Of a stretch of 64,000 nucleotides of DNA, positions 41,825 through 56,458 are shown in pieces (position 1 is the first letter of the stretch; every line of letters begins with the position of its first letter). The notes under the pieces are model-generated. The model ran no database searches. It was not told the DNA's origin and saw only the letters and a list, made by a program, of their open reading frames with translations. The position numbers were made by a program, and so were the translations under genes. Source of the DNA: Octopus vulgaris (lineage: Eukaryota); the NCBI GenBank assembly GCA_951406725.2, contig OX597817.1, positions 102,548,001 to 102,612,000 on the forward strand, written 5' to 3'.

Positions 41825-42785
41825 CTCTACTATAGGCACAAAGCCTGAAAATTCGGGGTGTGAAATAGTCGATTATATCGACCCCAATGTTTCACTGCTA
41901 CTTATTTTATCGACCCCGAAAGGATAAAAGGCAAATTCGACCTCGGCGGAATTTGAACTCAAAACGTAGCGGCAGACAAAATACCGCAAGGTGTTTCGCC
42001 CGGCGTGCTAACGATTCTGTCGGATCATCCTTTCTGCTAAAGGCACAAGGCCTGAAACTTTTAATTTTTTTGTGGTGGGGGGTTAATTCATCGACCCCGA
42101 AAGGATGAAAAGCAAAGTCGACCTTGGCAGAATTTGAACTCAGAACATAAAGACAGACGAAATACCTCTAAGCATTTCGTACGGCGTGCTAACGTTTCTT
42201 ATTTCTTTATTGCCCACAAGGGGCTAAACATAGAGGGGACAAACAGGGACAGACAAAGGGATTAAGTCGATTACATTGACTCCAGTGCGTAACTGGTACT
42301 TAATTTATCGACCCCGAAAGAATGAAAGGTAAAGTCGACGTCGGCGGAATTTGAACTCAGAACGTAAAGACAGACGAAATACCTATTTCTTTACTACCCA
42401 CATGGGGCTAAGCACAGAGAGGGCAAACAAGGACAGACAAACGGATTAAGTCGATTATATCGACTCCAGTTCGTAATTAGTACTTATTTAATCGACCCCG
42501 AAAGGATGAAAGGCAAAGTCGACCTCGGCGGAATTTGAACTCAGAACGTCGCGGCAGACGAAATACCTATTTCTTTACTACCCACAATGGGCTAAACACA
42601 GAGAGGACAAACAAGGACAAACAAACGGATCGACCCCAGTGCGTAACTGGTACTTAATTTATCGATCCCGAAAGGATGAAAGGCAAAGTCAACCTCGGCG
42701 GAATTTGAACTCAGAACGTAAGGGCAGACGAAATGCGGTTGCGCATTTCGCCCGGCGTGCTAATGTTTCTGCCAGCTCACCGCCT
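41825..42785 (-). mobile_element. Head-to-tail concatemer of SINE family B (about 5 units)
   Basis: Five GAATTTGAACTC blocks; 184-bp period between the junctions at 42381 and 42565. Confidence 0.9.
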
Positions 42786-42786
42786 A

Positions 42787-42863
<77 letters not shown>

Positions 42864-43020
42864 TAATAATAATAATAATGAGAAGAAGAAGAAGAAGAAG
42901 AAGAAGAAGAAGAAGAAGAAGAAGAAGAAGAAGAAGAAGAAGAAGAAGAAGAAGAAGAAGAAGAAGAAGAAGAAGAAGAAGAAGAAGAAGAAGAAGAAGA
43001 AGAAGAAGAAGAAGAAGAAG

Positions 43021-43565
43021 AATGCAGTACCAGACATTGGTTCCCATGGCTTTTGATCTTAGCTGATCGGAGGTGTTATCATGGATATGTTTTGTCTTGG
43101 TATAAAAGATCGGCTACAGCAAATTTCTGCTCAATACCACAAATTTGCTTGTCATTTGTTTGACCTTAATCATTTGAGCATGTCCCTTGGTGGCTGACAA
43201 TATGTATCTCTCTGATCACGAGCAGTAGTGGGGGAGCATCATAGCCATTTGTTGAGAGGAATTTTTTGGAGTTTGAATAATTCACCTCTAGAAACATGGA
43301 TGTTTCATTCAACATCCTTAAGCAACCCTTATTCGGGACCTTTTGAGCAGGATGGGCTTCTCGACCTGAAGAAAATTTTAACTAGGCCCTACCTGCAAGG
43401 TCATGTGCTGTTTATCTTGATATGAAATCCCCATGTAGTACAAATATGGTTATGATGCATTTGCCTGGTGTGCCCTTAACAGACGAGTAGTTATGATGGG
43501 TATACTTGGCTTCGTATATTTTACCCCAGTGTCACTTTGAAGGCATGCATTGCTCTCTAACTCAA
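43021..43565. mobile_element. Second copy of the unclassified ~530-bp repeat
   Basis: Colinear homology with 29560-30092. Confidence 0.8.
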
Positions 43566-43579
43566 TAGTAATAACTTTA

Positions 43580-44430
43580 TTTGGCCACAGGGACCAAAAA
43601 ACAACGGGGGGGAACACAGAGGAAGATACACAAAGACAAGGACAGTGGTGATTTACAATGAAATCTAGTAAAAAAATACATAACATATGACAATTAGCAA
43701 CAAATATTAACAATAGAAATATCCTAATTGTGGGGAGCACTATCCAGAAGTAACCAAAGAACTTCACCCGTCCTGGACACACGGATCACCAGGGTTTCTA
43801 GGGCAAATGCTTTTCTTCTCTTTGTTTCCTAGGGCTTGCGGGCGTATATTCAGAGTAGGTCCATTCACACGGGCCATCCTCGCCATATTTGCCTACCTAT
43901 TGCAGAGGAGCAGCATTCCCCTCTCAGCTCTTATTTCCATTCCCAGTGGAACTTGGAAAAGTCGATGAAGGCTTGGACGAAGTGGAAAGTATCTGTCTTC
44001 AGACCTTTCAACCTCGACCGACCACCACACTACCTCGACCAAAATAGCCACCAGGTAGTGGAAAACTTAGTGCCCTTCCTGGACACTAGACGAGTGCATG
44101 CTGAACTTTTCCATTGCTCTTCGAGCATCTCGGACAGGCACGTCTGACAGCATTTCCATGCCTGTTGAGTTTATTTCAAACCGGAAGTGTCTCCCGATAG
44201 CACTACTAGGTCAGGGATTTCTGAAGATTATCGATAGCTCCGGTCTGAAAGTTCTCCGGAAAAGACCAGCAAATTGATCTCCCCCGACGTTCAGTTTCTC
44301 CGAGAACGTCAACGCTCTTGCCCGTCACTACTATCACATAGAACACCAACGTAGAACTCCAGATGACAAGTGCCCTGTCTCGGTCTACGCTTGATCTAGG
44401 ACTGCAGCTCCATCAAAGAGACGAGTTGCA
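43580..44430 (-). mobile_element. Decayed L1/Tx1-like 3' fragment
   Basis: Contains the KLNRHGNA motif shared with the fragments near 28040 and 33090. Confidence 0.65.
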
Positions 44431-44853
44431 GAAAATGATATGCAATAGTATCACTACTATTGCCAACAACAACACCACGAATATCGAGCCAGAGGAAGCC
44501 TCTGCATCATAGCTTGACTTGTTAGAAATGACAGTCATCTCTTCCTCATATTGTACGCTAATGTCTTAAAAGAAGTCAGACACATTGGATAAGGAAATCC
44601 TAGATACACATTACTTGATAAAAGGGGGATGGATGGTCACGATTGGAGCACCTTTCATCAATTAAAGCTAACCTGGCACAAAAACTGTAATGATCGTTGC
44701 TACCAACATCACCACAACTATCTATCATTGAAAACCATCGTCAACATTGCCCTTCTCGCTTTTGGATGCGATAAAGTACTGGAATCGATTTCTCTGCACT
44801 CCCCCCTCTCTCTTCCTCTCTCTCCTTCTCTCTATCGCACTCTGTCTCTCTCA

Positions 44854-44897
<44 letters not shown>

Positions 44898-47800
44898 CTG
44901 CCTGTCTCTCCCTCTCTCATTATTTCTCTTTGCCACGTGGAGAGGCCAAGAGAATTGTGTTCACATCACAACCCCATCAATCGTAAGACGATGTAGAAGA
45001 GGAAGAACAACAACAACAACGTCAACAACAACAATTTCAGCAGCTCAATTCACCTACACCCGTCAACCATTATCATCATGACGACTGTCACCACCGTCGA
45101 CACCATACGCAACACAATCACTACAATAACTAAAACCATCAGGAGAACTGCTTCTACAACTGCTGTCATCACAAACTCCACCATCGCCATCACTAAAGCT
45201 CACCATTATCACTACTGCTACGCAAAAACAATAATAACAATAACAAAGAAAGAAAGCAGCGTGACGATAATCTGAAATCCCAAATCAACAACTTTCGAGG
45301 CAACTTATGTATATATTATCAGTTCTCCTCAGCGGGTGTTCTGTTTTCCTGTTGAATCAACGTGGTATCTACTTACTTGTCAAACGAAATATACTGAAGA
45401 TACTTCAACCCTTTCCCTCATGCCCCGCCGTTTAACGTCGAATTTTATCGTTCACAGGAACATACTTGCTGGTCAAATGTAAAACTTCGTATTTTGAAAC
45501 CTTCAACAATACAGTTAAATGAGGATTCTTTGTTTAAATATGAACTCAGTGACTTTGTGCTCTTTTCTCAGGGCCCCTGAGATGGATATTAATGCCAATC
45601 CAATCCAATCGAGTGGCTTTCCCAGACCAATGTAACTCTTCCACGTCGAGCGACGAGGTATAAATGTCAGGCCTGCATTTCCGTCGCATTGGTCTTTCGC
45701 TAGCTGAAATATCTCATCTGTGCACTCCACTACTACAGATGATAGCAGCAGTTAGCTAACTGAACTGATTGATCCTGGCTGTCGACAGTTTTGTTCATTC
45801 ATACACACCATTGATTCAATAATGTGGCATGGTAGGCGAATACAAGAAGTTTATCAGCCAAAATAGTTCACATCCACTGTGCTGCATCCCATGATTTCAA
45901 AGCATTCTGACTTGGATAGTGCAAGCTATTTAACCTATAGCTAGGATTCTGACAGGTGGCACTACTCCGAGTCAAAATAGATCCGGGAACAATAGTAGAT
46001 AAGAAGTTTCATACTTTTCAAAGCCCTTGAACTCCCAAACCAGTGTCCCATGACCAGATGCAGTTTAAAGCCATACCCAGGAATTTAATTACACACAATC
46101 TCATTTCTGTCATTGTATTGTCTTCTCTTACGTATAAAATGAGCTGAGTCGATTTTTCTACAATATAACTATCTTACTTACCACCCGCCTTTGCTAAAGT
46201 AAAACTTTATCTAAAATAGATAAATAAATAAATTGAAAAATATACTATTTATTAATTAGGACTGAAACTTATGAACATGACAGCTGCTGGACTTCTGCTT
46301 CAGGATGTTTAAATCAAGAAGCTTCTCTGTTTCGTGTTGAAATTATCCCAAGAATCGACTTTACTTTAATCTTTTTCAGTTGTAGATAAACGATGCACGT
46401 TTACCTTAGCTGAAGCAGAAACCTAACGTTTATTTGTTTCTATCTTTTAAACACAATCATTGATGAACCAGTTCAGTTAAAACCAATAAATTTTTCACCC
46501 AGTTAGGTAGGTGGAAGAATAGATAAAGGGTGTTTCTTGGAGTAGAATAGGAAAAAACTTTGAATAGTCAATGGGTATGTAAGAGAGAGAGAGAGGGGTG
46601 AGAGGAAGAAAGAAAGAATGTTGTGGGACGGGGATGAGGGTATTATAAAGAGACAATCGCGAAAGCAAGACTATTTATTATAAGCTTTTCAAACAAGCGT
46701 AGTAATGGGACAATGAACGAAAGAATCGTTCGTCATGAGACCTCCGGAGTAGTGAAAGAAATATCACATTAGCTGTTGAAAGGAACACTCCTACAATGTA
46801 ATTAGATAACGTCCCAGATGCAAGTAAACTGTTTACCACACACACTTTTTCTTCAAATAATCTTGTACCAAATGGGTCTTCCAGAAATATATTCTGGTGG
46901 ATAATTTTTAATTATTTTTCCTTTTAGCTATTTATATATATATATATATATAACATACATATATATTCATATAAATACATGCAAATATTTATATAAATAC
47001 ATGCAAATATTTACATATATACATATACATATATTTATACACAAACACACACACATGTCTATTTGGATGTATGTCAATAAAAAAATCTTATTGCTCGCAC
47101 ATTTTTTGCTTTTGTGAACCTAAAATAAGTTCATAATACAAAATAAAATATGAAAATCATTTTTAAAAATGGGTTTCGAATTTTATTAAAGTCTATTGAA
47201 TACTCTAAATTACTTTTCCAGACAAATTAGCTTTTCTCCTAGGAATGTTTCATCAAACGATTTAATATATTGTATATAAGAGAGAATGTTAATTCGAAAA
47301 TATAGGAAGTTATGGTGGTAAACTCGTAATGTATTCCATCTTGCGCAGCAGACGATAAAAACATCAAATCTAATAAATTTTCTGTTCTTTAATTAAAATG
47401 CTTGCTACTGTATAAAGGAGAATGACAGAAAAGAAATGGAAAGCTTAAAAAAAAAAACTACATTAGTCGGTAAGAATGAACTACAAGATTTGATTGTTTC
47501 TGAATTCCTTGGCAAGAAGATGGAGAGAACTATATAATTTCTTGTAGTTTGGAGATCCAAATCCACAGGTGTTTTCACGCATATTGCACGCTTCCTGTTG
47601 CACGCATACACATGCGAATTAACATTTTAACTTCTCTTTCGGATGTATAATGAAATCGAATAAAATCTTTTAATTTCTAACGTGTTTGCTTTTTAATTAT
47701 TTACAAAAGCTTTATCATTCGAGGCAAATGAATGAGCAGTGTGACTATAAGTTTTACTGGGGCATTAGTGAAATGATTTCAACCAGCTATTGTGGAGCTT

Positions 47801-49022
47801 GTTTCAATACCCGTTTGAAACCTTGAAACCTCTTCGCAGCCGCCGCTCGCCAGGAAAGTACCATTTTTGCTTTCGGCATTCACCAAAATACAAAAATTCT
47901 GATTCTTTCCAAATTCTTGACACCTCACTCTTATTAGTATTTTAAAAATTACTCATCAAAAGCAATTTTGATCTCATATTTGCATAAGTATGAGTTTCGC
48001 TCTCCTCGTGGATATGCATATATACGTGCAAACCTGCAGTTTGGTATATCTAGCTATATGCGAGACTGATATATATATAGAAGTGCATGTGCATACAGGT
48101 GGAGTCTTATGCCTATGGATGCGTGCGCACACCCTCGGGCACTTAGACATATTTATTTATATACTTACTTACAAGGGAAAGTACACGTGCTGTAGACGCA
48201 CGCTCGGCTATGGCGTATAAACATTTGTTTGCATGTGTATGTGTGTGCGCATTTATACCTATGTTGATAAAACGGATGTGAATTGTGTGTACGTGTGCAT
48301 GCATGGGTGCGCGAATGCGTATGTTTACTGTGATGTTGTCAGGCGGCCAACAGTACCAGTATCAATTATCCACTACTATCTTTACCCATCCCAGCTTAAT
48401 ATCTATAACAACTATCTACTCCTATCACCCCTGTGTTTCTTCCCCTTCTCCTGTTCTTCATTCCCAACAACCTCATACGAGTCCCACTCCCAAATATTTG
48501 ACCTCATCCTTTCTTTGTCTTACTTCTTGACCGTTTTATTTCTTCAAGCATTTGTTTCTTTTTATTCTCATCTTCCGGTTTCACCACTCATTTCAACTCA
48601 CATCTGCGGTGAGTTAGCTTGAGAATCCCAAATGACAGTGTAACCGTCATGTAATTAAGGTATTCTTGACTTGACAATTAGCTAAGTTGAGTACCTCTTG
48701 TTGAGTAATTATTACATCAGTGGATCAGCTAGCTAAGAAACATATGTAGCCTGGATTTTATCCGTTCCACTCCCTCAATTTGGATTTTTATTTGCATTTG
48801 TAGGAACTCTAGTTGCTAACCGTAAGCTATGCAGAGATTTTCAGCTGATCGAATTTCCTCGTAACTTCGATATGGAAAAAGTGTGTAACCTTCGATGCCA
48901 ATAAATTGTTATTGTTCCTAATCATACACTATCCACTTTTTGTTTTCTGTACCTGCCACAGACTGCTTAAAACTTACAAACTTCTTATACTTGGATTCCT
49001 GGATCTTAGCCTTTAAATCCAT

Positions 49023-49081
<59 letters not shown>

Positions 49082-49785
49082 GAGAGAAAAGGAGGGAGGG
49101 AGAGAGAGAGGGAAGAAAAAATTGACAGAGAATGGAGTCGCAACTGTAAAATAGCATAAAATTCGCTATCAGTGACAGAAATGGTATTAGTTCAAAATAG
49201 CAATCTGTATATCATTTCCTAAATATGTACATCGTAGAAAGCCTGACAAACTACGATAATCGTCTCAAGATAGCATCTCTTTCACATGTATAGAGTAAAA
49301 AAAAAAAAAAAACAGAAATATATCAGTAGCGATCGAAAATTGTGCGGCAGATGTGGTAGCATTGCTAAAGGCATATTTCTGCCCAAAGAGGGAGTGTTTG
49401 TAACACTATCCGTCTTTAAGAAATGCTATTTCGAGGCGAATACATCAGTTTATCAGGCTTTCCTTAGTGGAAAGTCTGTGTATCATACTCTAAGTATGAT
49501 ACACAGACTGTTATATAAGAATATATTTCTAGTCTTGATCTAAAACAACTTTTAGTTAATAACCTCTACCACAAACATGCATGTATAACAACTGAAAAAT
49601 AAGTATTTAGGTCTAATTTTAAGTTTCATTCAGTTTTAGTACAGACATAAACAGATAAGCTGACTTAGAGCAGATTGTTTAGGTATCACCGGAAATGGAG
49701 ACTAAACTATCCAAAGCGGGATCCTTTCGTTGTCAAATATTCTCTATTCCAAGATAATTTTCGAGCGAGATGAGATATACGTTAC

Positions 49786-49931
49786 ATAAAGATAATTAAT
49801 GCACATGTTTTAATGGTGCATTGTTTTATTTTCATAAATAATCGCTTTTTTCTCGTCTGGTCAATGCCTGGAAATGCCGTCCTTATACATAGGGATATTA
49901 ATGATAGGTCATTCTGACTGAGCCCATTCCA
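49786..49931 (-). CDS. Putative exon (WNGLSQNDLS...TCALIIF)
   Basis: Strong acceptor cttttattttgcag, donor gtaacg, 146 nt, phase 0 to 2. Confidence 0.45.
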
Positions 49932-50852
49932 CTGCAAAATAAAAGGTACTGTGTTGCTGCCACCCACATTGAGCTATCATTTCCGCTACGGAAAGAATTT
50001 TAAACTACATATACAATGAGTATACTTAGGCGTTTTTTTACGCACAATTTTTAATAATATTTAATCTTATATTGTAGCAAATTTTAAAAATAACCTCCCA
50101 CTTCATAAGTTTTCTTTATATAACCAATGTAGGACGAACCCATCAGATGAGATATCATCGGAAGAAGGCTCTTTTTCCGAAATCTGATTAAATGCGTTCG
50201 TCCTACGCATCCATGAAACTTTACACATCATATAGAGCTGAGTCAAACTGTTATGTATGTATGCATGTGCATATGTATACACACACACACACCCACACAC
50301 ACGCACACCCGCACGCACACATATATATGTATGTATGCATATATATATATATGGTGCACCTGAGCACTGTATACAATAAATTCATTATGTCATAAAAGAT
50401 GCTGGCGATATTCGTTCGCAATTTTCAACTGTTAATTTTACGCATACTTTTAATTTTTTACTTTCATTGTCGGTCTTTTTCTTCTTAAAACAATAACCAT
50501 TTTTGCTTTATACTTTTGCAGAATAATTGACTATGGAAAACTTTGAACCCCTCAATTTGTGGAAGAAGCAAGGAGTCCTTCTTGGAATCTGTTTAGGAAG
50601 GACAAACAAGGATATACTTTCATGGTGCTACCCTTCGGACTGAAGCCATGCTGCGACGCAGTCGTTGATGATGCTTTTGTCGAATACATGGACCTCAGTA
50701 TTTTGTCTGATAGTTATTGCAGCGATCTTGCAAAACCGGTGCAATCAATTCCAGATTTCCCGGTCCAACATAGCATAAAAGAAAATAACTAAATACAACT
50801 CATTTTTTGTTCAATGCGACAGCTTGGTTCCCTCTATGTACACACACACGCA

Positions 50853-50884
<32 letters not shown>

Positions 50885-51052
50885 TCCACACACACACACA
50901 CACACACCACACACACACTCGTGTTCACGTAGAAAGTCATGTATCCTATGGACCGCTAACGTCATTGGTTGTCTTAAAATGTGTCTTCATACACATTGCC
51001 TAGAAAAAGATTCTTTACTTCCGAAACAAATTCTGCAGCAAAGCTCTTTCTA

Positions 51053-52341
51053 CGAGGGACGTTCAATAAGTAATGCCTCTGACCCACTTGCAGCTGTTTG
51101 ATTTAGTTGAAATTTTGCATGTGCAATTATTTATATCTCTATAGATTAAGTGGCAAATTACAGCTCTGAACTAATTGTGGTTTCTGATTTACAGGTGTTT
51201 GAACTGAGTCAAGTGTGAAATGGAGCCTGTTGAGTGTCGAGCAGTGATCCGGTTTTTGTATTTGAATGGACGCACACCACGGGAGACTTTTGATGAAATG
51301 AAAGTAACTTATGGTGATGATGTCCCATCATATGACCTTGTAAAACGCTGGCATCGTGAATTCAAACATGGTCGAAACTCTGTGGAAACAGCTCCCAGAT
51401 CTGGCCGCCCCCTTCTGCCATTGATGAGGCATCTGTCCGTCAAGTTGGGGCTGCCATTTTGGAAGATCGACGCATAACTATTCGCCAAATAGCCCATGAG
51501 GTCAAGATTAGTACCGGGTCTGTGGAAACTATCATTCATGACCATTTGCATATGCCAGATGTCTGCCAGATGGATTCTCAGGCTGCTCACACCTTTCCAG
51601 AAGCAAGAACGCATTGAGTGCTTTAGGATGAATTTGGAGATGTGCCAAGTAAAAGAGTCAACATTTTTCAAAACACTGATTACACAGGATGAAACCTAGG
51701 TCCATCACTATGATCCAGAGACCAAAGCCCAGTCAATGCAGTGGAAGCACCGTGATTCACCTCCTCCAAAGAAGGCAAGGGTGCAGCTCTCCGCTGGCAA
51801 GGTCATGCTCACAGTCTTCTGGGACCAGGACGGAGTAGTGATGACAGATTTCCTGGCAAAGGGTACCACAATTACAGGAGCCTATTATGCTTCACTTTTG
51901 AGGAAATTAAGAGAAGCTATCAAAATCAAGAGGCGGGGCAAGATCAGCAAAGGCATCCTCCTCCTGCAGGACAATGCTCTGGTCCACAAATCGCGTCTCG
52001 CCAGATCAGAAGCACAGGTGTGCGGCTATGAACTCCTCCCCCATCCCCCTACTCTACTGACCTTGCACCCTCTGATTTTCACCTTTTCCCAGCCATGAAG
52101 TTGTTTTTGAAAGGAAAGCGTTTCCCGGATGATGTAGCCTTGATTTCTGAAGTCACGTCGTGGTTGTAGGACCAAGCTGGAGTCTTCTACAAAAACGGTC
52201 TTCAAAGCTGTATCAAACGATGGGAGAAATGCGTAACTCTGGGTGGTTCCTATGTAGAAAAAGACCAATAACTGTGCCAAGTTTCGTTGCTCTACTGCTA
52301 TGGGAAGTGGGTCAGGGGCATTACTTATTGAACGCCCCTCG
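51053..52341 (+). mobile_element. Full-length inactive mariner (DD34D) transposon
   Basis: ~36-bp TIRs, TA TSD, 1289 bp; transposase about 51220-52270 with WILRLL, TQDET, LQDNA, DLAPSDF, broken by stops and frameshifts. Confidence 0.97.
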
Positions 52342-52662
52342 TATGTTCGAACGTACACGTACATGTTAATTATAACTGTACACACATCTATAGTTCAAAC
52401 AACGCTACTATGTGCATTTCTAGTTAATTAATTTCAGCATGACTAAGCTCTGCATATATGAACAAATGTCCGTAGTTGATGAAATGTAACGATGCAGATA
52501 CACATGCGTCCCACAGTCGTGTGACGTCATCCACAGCTCAGTGCCGTATTTTCACACGTATTGTGTATAACAATAATTTTTACCTCAAGACAATTTGTGC
52601 TGCAAAGGTCTTTCCACGTCCGGGCGTACACGAACATGTTAAATATAATTGTACACACTTGT

Positions 52663-52710
<48 letters not shown>

Positions 52711-52736
52711 AATATATATATATATATATATGTATG

Positions 52737-52773
<37 letters not shown>

Positions 52774-53116
52774 AGAACATATATAAGCATATATATATGT
52801 ATATGTCTATGTGTGTGTGTGTTGTGTTACTCTGAGAAACAGTGCACAGTACCAGAATTTTCGACTTGAGTCAAATGTAACAAACTACTCCAAATTGTTT
52901 TTATAGTCACTTATGCAGAGTGGAGTCAAGACCAGCTAGTTTGTACTGGCGTCGAGTCGTATAAATTGTAGTAAACCAAATAGTAATATTTTGAAATCAT
53001 TTAATTTGTACGTTTCACGTCTGCGTAATATATAATAGAAAATGCAACCATTACGAAGACCTACATTCAAAATATTTCTAATTATTTTGAAATGTTTTCA
53101 CCGAGGAAGGTCTTAC

Positions 53117-53261
53117 GCATTTCCTGTTATATATTAACAGTAGAGGAGTAGGGGCCGAAACTGGGCGTGGTTCCTCCTGAGGATGTCTTTCGCCACTGGA
53201 TCCTATAAAGGAGCTGTTGAGGTAGCAAACCACGATACGTGGTTGGAATTCCTCCGCAGAC
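53117..53261 (-). CDS. Putative exon (SAEEFQPRIV...IYNRKC)
   Basis: Acceptor tttaag, donor gtaaga, 145 nt, phase 2 to 0. Confidence 0.4.
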
Positions 53262-53600
53262 CTTAAACGTACGTAAAATGATTTCAAAATATTACTATTT
53301 GGTTTGACTTCATTAATACAACTACATATGCACACTTCTCCTAACCGCCAGTACATGGAACAACGTTGTCTACAGTATCTTCAATTATACTTTGATTGGA
53401 ATGGTTACCTAGATTGAGTGGCTACCTAGTGGAAAAGATGGTTTTGCAACTTTGTGAACTTTGGTTCAATCTCACTGCACAATTCTTCTATCATAGCCTC
53501 GGATTGACCAAGCATTTTGACAGAAATTTCTTCGACGAAATCTGTGCAGAAACACGCCCTTCTCTCTCCCTTCCTTCCTTCCTCTCTCTTTGTCTATCTA

Positions 53601-53679
<79 letters not shown>

Positions 53680-53779
53680 GTCTATCATATGTTTAAATAT
53701 GCACACATCTGTATGCTTTTGCATGTTTATATAAATATATAGACACATACTCACACACATATACATATATATACTCTTT

Positions 53780-54110
53780 TTACTTTTTTACTTGTTTCAG
53801 TCATTTGACTACGGCCATGCTGAAGCACCACCTTTAGTCGAACAAATCGACTCCAGGACTTATTCTTTGTAAGTCTAGTACTGTCAAGCGATGATGGTGG
53901 TGGGGGGACAAACACAGACGCACAAATATATACATATAAATATATACGGCGGGCTTCTTTCAGTTTCCGTCTACCAAATCCACTCGCAAGGCTTTGGTCG
54001 GCCCTAGGTTTTAGTAGAAGACACCTGTCCAAGGCGCCACGCAGTGAGGCTGAACACGGAACCATGTAGTTGGGAAGCAAGCTTATTACCACACAACCAC
54101 ACCTGCGCCT
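53780..54110 (-). mobile_element. SINE family A
   Basis: Homology to 2372-2820. Confidence 0.8.
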
Positions 54111-54112
54111 AT

Positions 54113-54209
<97 letters not shown>

Positions 54210-54211
<2 letters not shown>

Positions 54212-54320
54212 CCTGCTCGCTTAGCCAGCGAGGTGGCGTCATTTGAAGGCTAAAATAATGCGAACGCATTGTGACCAGCGATGTGTAACTACATCTGATG
54301 GACTGGTCGGTCACGTGATA
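54210..54320 (+). mobile_element. Isolated SINE/LINE tail type 1 in (TA)n
   Basis: Close match to 5437-5548. Confidence 0.8.
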
Positions 54321-54362
54321 TATATATATATATAAATATTATCATAGGTATACACCCCCCCC

Positions 54363-54404
<42 letters not shown>

Positions 54405-54816
54405 CACACATATAAAAATAGATAGATAGACACATACCTACATTTGTATGTATTTATGTATATATGCATACATATGCCTACACGTACACACTAACGATTT
54501 AAACAATCGAATTCTGGCAAAGTACCAACCCTTCCTATACGCATCCAATTTATTCTCACCCTTCAAGTAGTCTTATATCAACCTAGGAGGTCCTAGTTGA
54601 AGAGTAGTCATGTTTGTGAACGATTTTCCCTAAAAATAAAAGAAAATACGGATTAGTCACTCATGAATCTTTGTCTATTGCCTGAGAGCAAATATGCATG
54701 TATATATGTTTATATATGCATGTGTGAAAAAGAAAGAGATGCGCGTTTGTATGTATGCGTATCTGTGTGTATGCCTTTGTGTGTGTGTGTGTATGTGTGT
54801 GTGTGTGTGTGTGTGT

Positions 54817-54869
<53 letters not shown>

Positions 54870-56174
54870 CGTGTGTGTGTGTGCTTGCGTCTGTGCACAT
54901 ATATGTATATATATAATGTATTGGCGCGAACCCTTAACCCCTGGGACCTGATGAGTAATCTTGGTAGGTGGTAAAACTTAACCAAGCGTCAAGCTTTGTA
55001 TCAAGTCATTTGAAAATTTAAAATATATGTGATTTTGACAAGAAAAGGGGTCTTAAGATGCGATTCACGCGCTATACAGTTTATTTTACAAATGGCTGCT
55101 TCTAAGTATCTGTAAAAATAACTAAACAATTGAAAGTATAGAAAACTACGCGAACCATAATAGTGAAGGGAAAAAAGAAAAAAACACATATTGTGATGCA
55201 CTCACACATGCGCAGAGGTGCCTGAACACAGCTTTGTGCATACTTACACACGTAAGGTACCCATGCATATAGAACCATAGCTAATCATATACAATTAAGT
55301 GTACCTACGTAGTGGTAAGTAGCTGTATACGCCTAGATGGGTTTGAAACGCGCTGACTCTCACACAGACAAGTATAAACGCGCGCGCACACACACACACA
55401 CGCACGCACACGCACGCACACACTCGCACATACATATATACATACATACATTCTCTCTCTTTCTGTCTCTCTCTTCTCATTTCCCTCTCTCTCTCTTTCT
55501 TGCTCACTCGTTTTCGTACGCAGAGAAATGCACACATACAAACATGTAAATAAGTATAGCTACTTTCTCTTATTTTCTTTCTTTCTTTCTCTCCCTTTCT
55601 TTCTTTCTTTCTTTCTTTCTCTCCCTCTTTCTCTATATATCTATCTGTCTCTCTCCTCCTCACCTTTTCTCCCTTTCACCCCTCTATTTCTCTTTCTGGC
55701 GCGTCACTTTGGAGATTTCTTGAGATTATCACCCCTTCTCATTTTAAGCTATTTCCAGTCTCCACCAGACGATTATTTTACCTTCTTTAAAAGGGGAGTT
55801 AATTACAGGAAATCAATAAGTTACCTTATATGGAATTTGGTATACTTTCATTTGTCTTATTCAAATAATTACCACCGGGTCGACGCAAGCCTTATCAGTA
55901 AAACTGAGGTGGAATTTGATGAGGAATATCTCTTTGGCTGGCTGGCTGGATGGCTGGATGGATGGAGATAGCAATTTAAATATCCAACCTTTTCCTACTA
56001 TGACCCAGGTTCACACGCTGGTTCTGCTTGAGAATAACGCTAAGGATACACATGACTGGCGAACACTCAGCCACAGACACAATAATTGAATGAAGACGTG
56101 GTTCAGATGATCGAGCAACTGAATATTCGTCTTCCAAATGAAAGATTCTATTTACTTTTATATATGATGATTAC

Positions 56175-56272
56175 CTCATTTTGTCTGATGATAGTCGTCT
56201 CACATAGTAAGACATCTGCGCGTCAATGGATTTAAGTAACAAAAGCTGCACTTTTGCCACTCTGTCGGTCAC
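56175..56272 (-). CDS. Putative exon (VTDRVAKVQL...LSSDKM)
   Basis: Acceptor ctttctaag, donor AG|gtaatc, 98 nt, phase 0 to 2. Confidence 0.4.
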
Positions 56273-56368
56273 CTTAGAAAGTTCCAGTAAAAATAATTGC
56301 AAGATGACTGGTACTATTTTGACTGCAAGTTTTATGTCAGAGTACCTTATATTATTATTATTATTGTT

Positions 56369-56399
<31 letters not shown>

Positions 56400-56427
56400 C
56401 TGCTGCTGCTGCCGCTGCTGCTGCTGC

Positions 56428-56458
<31 letters not shown>

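Noticed and set aside
50559-50792. ORF containing YTFMVLPFGL, reminiscent of a Gypsy/DIRS RT motif, after a strong plus-strand acceptor
   Set aside because: No YxDD at the expected spacing, and all three frames from the acceptor hit an early stop
53130-53261. Alternative frame resembling an FN3 domain end (YRIQWRK..GPYSSTVNI)
   Set aside because: Short, weak resemblance ending in a stop; the other frame fits both splice phases
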